DNA from: Octopus vulgaris
Lineage: Eukaryota
DNA length: 64,000 bases
Assembly (NCBI GenBank): GCA_951406725.2
Contig: OX597840.1
Span: forward strand, 434,001-498,000
Direction: 5' to 3'
A program made the translations under genes and the position numbers. Of this stretch, positions 58,209 to 64,000 are shown piece by piece. Numbering within the stretch: position 1 is the first letter of the stretch; each line of letters begins with the position of its first letter. The notes beneath the pieces are model-generated. The model did no database searches. It saw only the letters and a program-made list of their open reading frames with translations, and was not told where the DNA came from.

Positions 58209-58970
58209 ATCCATCTCTGACAATGTCTCAGTCTGTTTCTCTCTCTCTCTCTCTCTTCCTATCTTTTTCTTTCTCTTTCTCTCAATCTTTCTCTAGCAAG
58301 CTAGTTATTCATATAAAGGACTCCTCCTATGTGATCTACATGCTGTAACTCAATGGGCAGACCTGTATACATACATACATACATACGTACATACATACAT
58401 ACATACATACATACATACATACATGCAAGCATACATACCATACATGCAAGCATATATACATACATACATGCATACATACATGCAAGCATATATACATACA
58501 TACAATATATGTGCTTGATGATATATATATATATGTATGAACATACACATTGATACGCATGTACATATATACATATACATACATGTATGTGTGTGTGATT
58601 ACATGTGTTTTTCACCTGTATGTGTATATGAAACACATAATTTACTCGTGTCGTATATTCTCAGCCTCTCGATGTCTCAGAACACGTGATATACACATGT
58701 CCCATGGGTCGACAGGTTTCAAGCAGTCTTTAATTCCATTCTCTTACTATTCTCTATACATGACTATAGACAGACAGACAGACAGACAGGAACATACACA
58801 CATACACACACACAAACACATAGGTAGGTGCATACACGCATACACAAACGTACATACAATCACACATAGACATACGAATACATAGTTCCTAGATTCTGTA
58901 GTTTTGAATATCATCCATTTCCCTGTATGGACAACGTTCACACAGAGACACACGCTTAAACCCAGACCTC

Positions 58971-59009
<39 letters not shown>

Positions 59010-59254
59010 GTGCACACGTACAACTCATCAATATTTATCTGCTTGTGAGGCCTCAATTTACGTGTGTGTAGGTAAGATATCTGTTGTATCACACATTAAC
59101 AATTTGTTAACGCCGGAATTCCTTTGTCTACCAATTTGCATACGAAGATGCAGAAACCTAGAATCATATGCCAAATGTTTGTTTTATTATGCTGGATATG
59201 TGTGTGTGTGTGGTGTATGCGCAAGTACGTATGTTTTGTTTCCATATGTGTGTG

Positions 59255-59643
<389 letters not shown>

Positions 59644-59784
59644 ACACACACAAACACATAAATATATACATTTGAAGAGTTTGATGTACATACTGGGATG
59701 AAATATATATTTGGTTAAAATTATGTATTGACAAGAGTGCAATAACTTATTTTCATAAACATACATTTGTTTGTACACACACAC

Positions 59785-59865
<81 letters not shown>

Positions 59866-60150
59866 ATTATATATGTATATATATATATACACTCACAAAC
59901 ATACTCGTATGTTAATATATACTGATACATACATGCATACATACATCATGCCTACTATATACGCGCACACGTACATTCAGACATACATAATTCAAGAGAG
60001 CATGGCCCATATTTATTGAACTGATTTTTAACTTAATTTTCAGTATAGCATATTTTTAGAAGATACCTCCACACACAGAGGGGCGTAGCGTACAATATCA
60101 TGCATTCTCCACATAGCACAAACACACACACTCAAACACACACAGATATT

Positions 60151-60203
<53 letters not shown>

Positions 60204-60243
60204 AAATACATTTATACGGACATTTATAGGCACATACCAACAT

Positions 60244-60338
<95 letters not shown>

Positions 60339-60825
60339 ACATATATATGTATATATATGTACGTATACTACGCATATTAAACACGCATAAAATGTAATTA
60401 TGACGTTTATATTTTCCACACGAGGATTAGTTTTATAATTGCTATATTGTTTATCCTGTCAATATAAAAATTAAATTGTAAACCAACCGTGTGTTGAATG
60501 CTAGTTTTCAAAAAAAATATATACATAAGTTTGTATATAAGTAAATACGCATGCGCGCGCCTGTGTGTGTGTGAGTGTGCGTTTTGTTTGTTTGTTTGAT
60601 TGTATGGGTGTATTTCGAAATATGTTATCAGAGAACGAAGATAAAACTTTGGATTTAAATTGTCCATTTTTACAACTGCGTCTCCGACCTCGATTTGAAA
60701 GTCATCTGAATGCTCCATCGCCTAATTTGTGTGTGCGTGTGTTTGTCAGTGCATGCACGCGTTTTATACTTACACAGACACACAGACACACACAAACACA
60801 CAAACATAGACACATAGACATACAG

Positions 60826-60858
<33 letters not shown>

Positions 60859-60890
60859 CACACACACTCACATACGCTCATATATATATA

Positions 60891-61283
60891 TCTTTATATA
60901 TAAAAGAAAGGTTGTGTGTCTGTCTACTCCGATTTAGATTCCTAACTACTCCCACATTTTGCCGGTGCAGTTTAACCAAATTTGGGTATCTTATAGTCGT
61001 GATTCATATCGAGCCCTTCTGGGTATTAGCGCGCGTCTACGATGAGTCTACGATTTTAAAATAATTTACCATCATTTTTTTCCATTTTAATGTATATTTT
61101 TTTAATAAAGTGAAGTAACTCTCTAAAAATGTCTACGATGAGTCAACGATTTAAAAAAAAATTTACCATAAGTTTTTTTCCATTTTTAATGCATTTTTTT
61201 GCTATTTTTTGGCTATAACTCTCTAAAAATACTTTATAGTTATTTCCCTTACAAACCCGAGCAACGCCGGGCGATACTGCTAG
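60891..61283 (+). mobile_element. Non-autonomous Helitron
   Basis: 5' TC(TTTATATATAAAA), subterminal hairpin CCCG-AGCAACGC-CGGG, 3' CTAG, inserted between A and T. Internal direct repeat GTCTACGATGAGTC. Confidence 0.85.
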
Positions 61284-61589
61284 TATATATATATATATAT
61301 TCGTCTTTATCTCATTTAGTTCGTATATGTCAGTATACATTGTTGGTACACAGATTCGATATTGCCGACACTTCCATGGTGCGTTTACTTTTTAAATATT
61401 TCATTCTTTCGAATCCTGGCAAGTTATATGTATATACATATATAAAAGCTACACTGGAAGCTTAATATGCTTATATTTTCCTTCCGTTTTATTAATGCAT
61501 CAAAACGAGTTCCTCTGAAATGACTGAAACCGCTACGCATGTCCTTTGTACTTTCCATGATAAATTCTTCCCAAAATATTCGTCTCCTT

Positions 61590-61688
<99 letters not shown>

Positions 61689-62059
61689 TCTGTGTGTGTG
61701 TGTGTGTGTGTTTCTGTGTGTGTGTCTTCCACTTTTTCGATCCCAGGTGTGAAGCTAGTATGTACATGTTAGTTTTATATCTCTATATCTTTGCCTTGTG
61801 AGAAAATTCAATACATTAAAGACACAGGCCTATATAACCCTGCCAATTTCTCCAATAATCGTACGCATTGCACAGTAAAACAACATTACAGTGAGCGAAC
61901 TGACTCAGGTTAAGAATGCTGGCGAAGAATTGGCGAGTGCAATAAACGACTAGCCGAATCTTATAGACATATACAACACAATATTTCTACTGTTCATAAC
62001 CCAATTAATTGTCCCAATTCTCTACAACACACTAGAACAAATAAGCCAAGCACCAAAAT

Positions 62060-62745
62060 TAGGAATCATGATACCCGCTGGTATAACCCAATCTTCGGTT
62101 CACATGTTTCAAAGAAGATCGCTACGGAATTTTTTGCCACTTAAGACAAATGTTTCCCTAAATCAAATAGATACCATACTATATTTAATAAACACACTGT
62201 GAAGTTATCATACGCTAACACTCAATTTAGAGCTTCACATGCATCGCATTAATGATAGTAAAATGAAACAACAAGTCAATAACCCTCCTACTGGAACTAG
62301 CAAGAATATACATCAAAATACCAAAAAAAAAAGATGTAAACCGTAATGAAAAACAGCAGATACGGACAAATCGTGATATTAGCAATAATAGTGATATAGC
62401 TAACACGGTAACAACGTGGGTAAATGAAGTCAGAACTGCTATATATACAACTAAATATAATGAATGCTCATGCAGAGAAAAATCAAGATGCCCGTTGATG
62501 AACCTCTGTATAGTACAAATCTTGTATATATATGTATTGTACACACAAAGGTAGGACTGTATCTTTATACTGGGGCAACATCTGATTCATTCAAGAATCG
62601 TTATCACAACCATGTCGCCAGCTTCGAGACATTCGACAGGGCACATTCAACATCTTTGGCCGATTTTGTGTGGCGATTTAATGCAGGTAAAATTAAGTAT
62701 AACATAACTTGGTCCATAGTAAGACACGCTAAACCATATAATTTC
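62060..62745 (+). mobile_element. Penelope-like element (Neptune-type) RT linker and GIY-YIG endonuclease relic
   Basis: WYNP..., DKCFPKSNRYHTIFNKHTVKLSYAN, CSCREKSRCPL, then NLVYICIVHTKVGLYLYTGATSDSFKNRYHNHVASF...STSLADFVW...YNITWSIVRHAKPYN. Frameshifted. Confidence 0.88.
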
Positions 62746-63089
62746 CAAGAGATTCCGACACTGCTCCAAGGAATCCTATCTATTCTGCGGACATATACAT
62801 ATTTTTATACACGTGCACACAGACACAGAGACACACACGCACACACACAATATATATATATATATATATATATATGCGTATATATATGTTTATATATATA
62901 TATATATGCGTATATATATATGTATATGATTGATTGATTGATTGATTGATTCTAGTTTCAGCTTATGAGTTGTGGCCATGCTGGGGCACCGCCATTTGGT
63001 GTTGCTACTTGGTTTCACTTCACGAAAGCTTTCTAGCAGCTGCATTTGGTGCATGAGAGAGTTCGATGCAGCTATATATATATATATGC

Positions 63090-63158
<69 letters not shown>

Positions 63159-63548
63159 GTAATTAATAAAATATATGCATACATACAAACATATATGTAC
63201 GTATATCTACATGTATATATACATGCATATATAATAATACATATTTTTACACAGACACACACAGACACACAGACACACACACGCACACACACATTTTGTT
63301 ACAACAGAAGGACAGATACGTGGAACAAGACGAAACGAAAACGAAAATGGGAAAACTGTGCAGCAGAAAAACGAAGTACAGAACATGCTGCACAAGAAAT
63401 ATCCCTTCAAGCAGACACGTGTTTCGAAGGCAGAGACAGAACACGTAAGGTCAAGCTAGGCCTTCCTACAGAATAAAAAAAATAAACTCTTGAGGGTAAA
63501 CGAGCAAGAAAAAATCTAAAAAAAGGGACGTAACTAAGAACTGCACAA

Positions 63549-63600
<52 letters not shown>

Positions 63601-63602
63601 GC

Positions 63603-63640
<38 letters not shown>

Positions 63641-64000
63641 TCACTTGTTTTTATACATGCATGCCTATTTATATAAACAACTTTGTTTTAAAGTTTGTAA
63701 ACCATTTTATATAATGATGGTTCATCATGTAGGTGCGTTTTAGTATGGTAAGCTTTTTTTTCTTATAAATGAATATCTATTATGAATTTTTAATGAGATG
63801 AGTAGGAATAAGGGGATAATAATGAAAATGTACAGTAGGTACGGAAAGTAAATGAAACTGAGAAGAAGAGTAATTTGTCCAGAAAAATTTGTTTTGCGCA
63901 AGTGTAGTTGTCTCCCTACAAAAGAAAAAAAGAAGAAGAAACGGTGAACGCTGACATGTTTGTGATTTTCCCTTCTAAAATCACAAATTATTCGTGCTTC

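Noticed and set aside
63308-63444. Candidate plus-strand exon (ACAG|...|GTAAGG) with an open frame
   Set aside because: Weak polypyrimidine tract, no recognisable domain and no partner exons; RNA-seq would be needed.

Overview
This is AT-rich, microsatellite-saturated animal genomic DNA, intronic or intergenic, with no intact protein-coding gene. Nearly all ORFs in the supplied track are microsatellite artefacts. The repeat repertoire points to an octopus (coleoid cephalopod) genome; this is inference, not a search result. Recognisable content: three tRNA-derived SINE families (about 30 copies); decayed Tc1/mariner transposases (mariner, DD37D maT, Tc1); MITEs and foldbacks; a non-autonomous Helitron; LINE relics (RTE, BovB, Tx1, Hero-like); and Penelope-like element (PLE) relics. 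The most notable signal is a layer of self-cleaving RNA motifs. There are about ten minimal type I hammerhead motifs from at least five sequence families, several with non-canonical cores, including a U3-A8 covariant pair in a near-perfect 350-bp palindrome. There is also a decayed HDV-like fold at the 5' end of an RTE-like leader. Other oddities are a Tc1-type MITE that captured a SINE fragment, a back-to-back maT/Tc1 chimera, a roughly 10-kb mirror-ordered trinucleotide domain, and a tandemly duplicated exon-intron-like unit. Coordinates were read by eye and most repeat boundaries are approximate.
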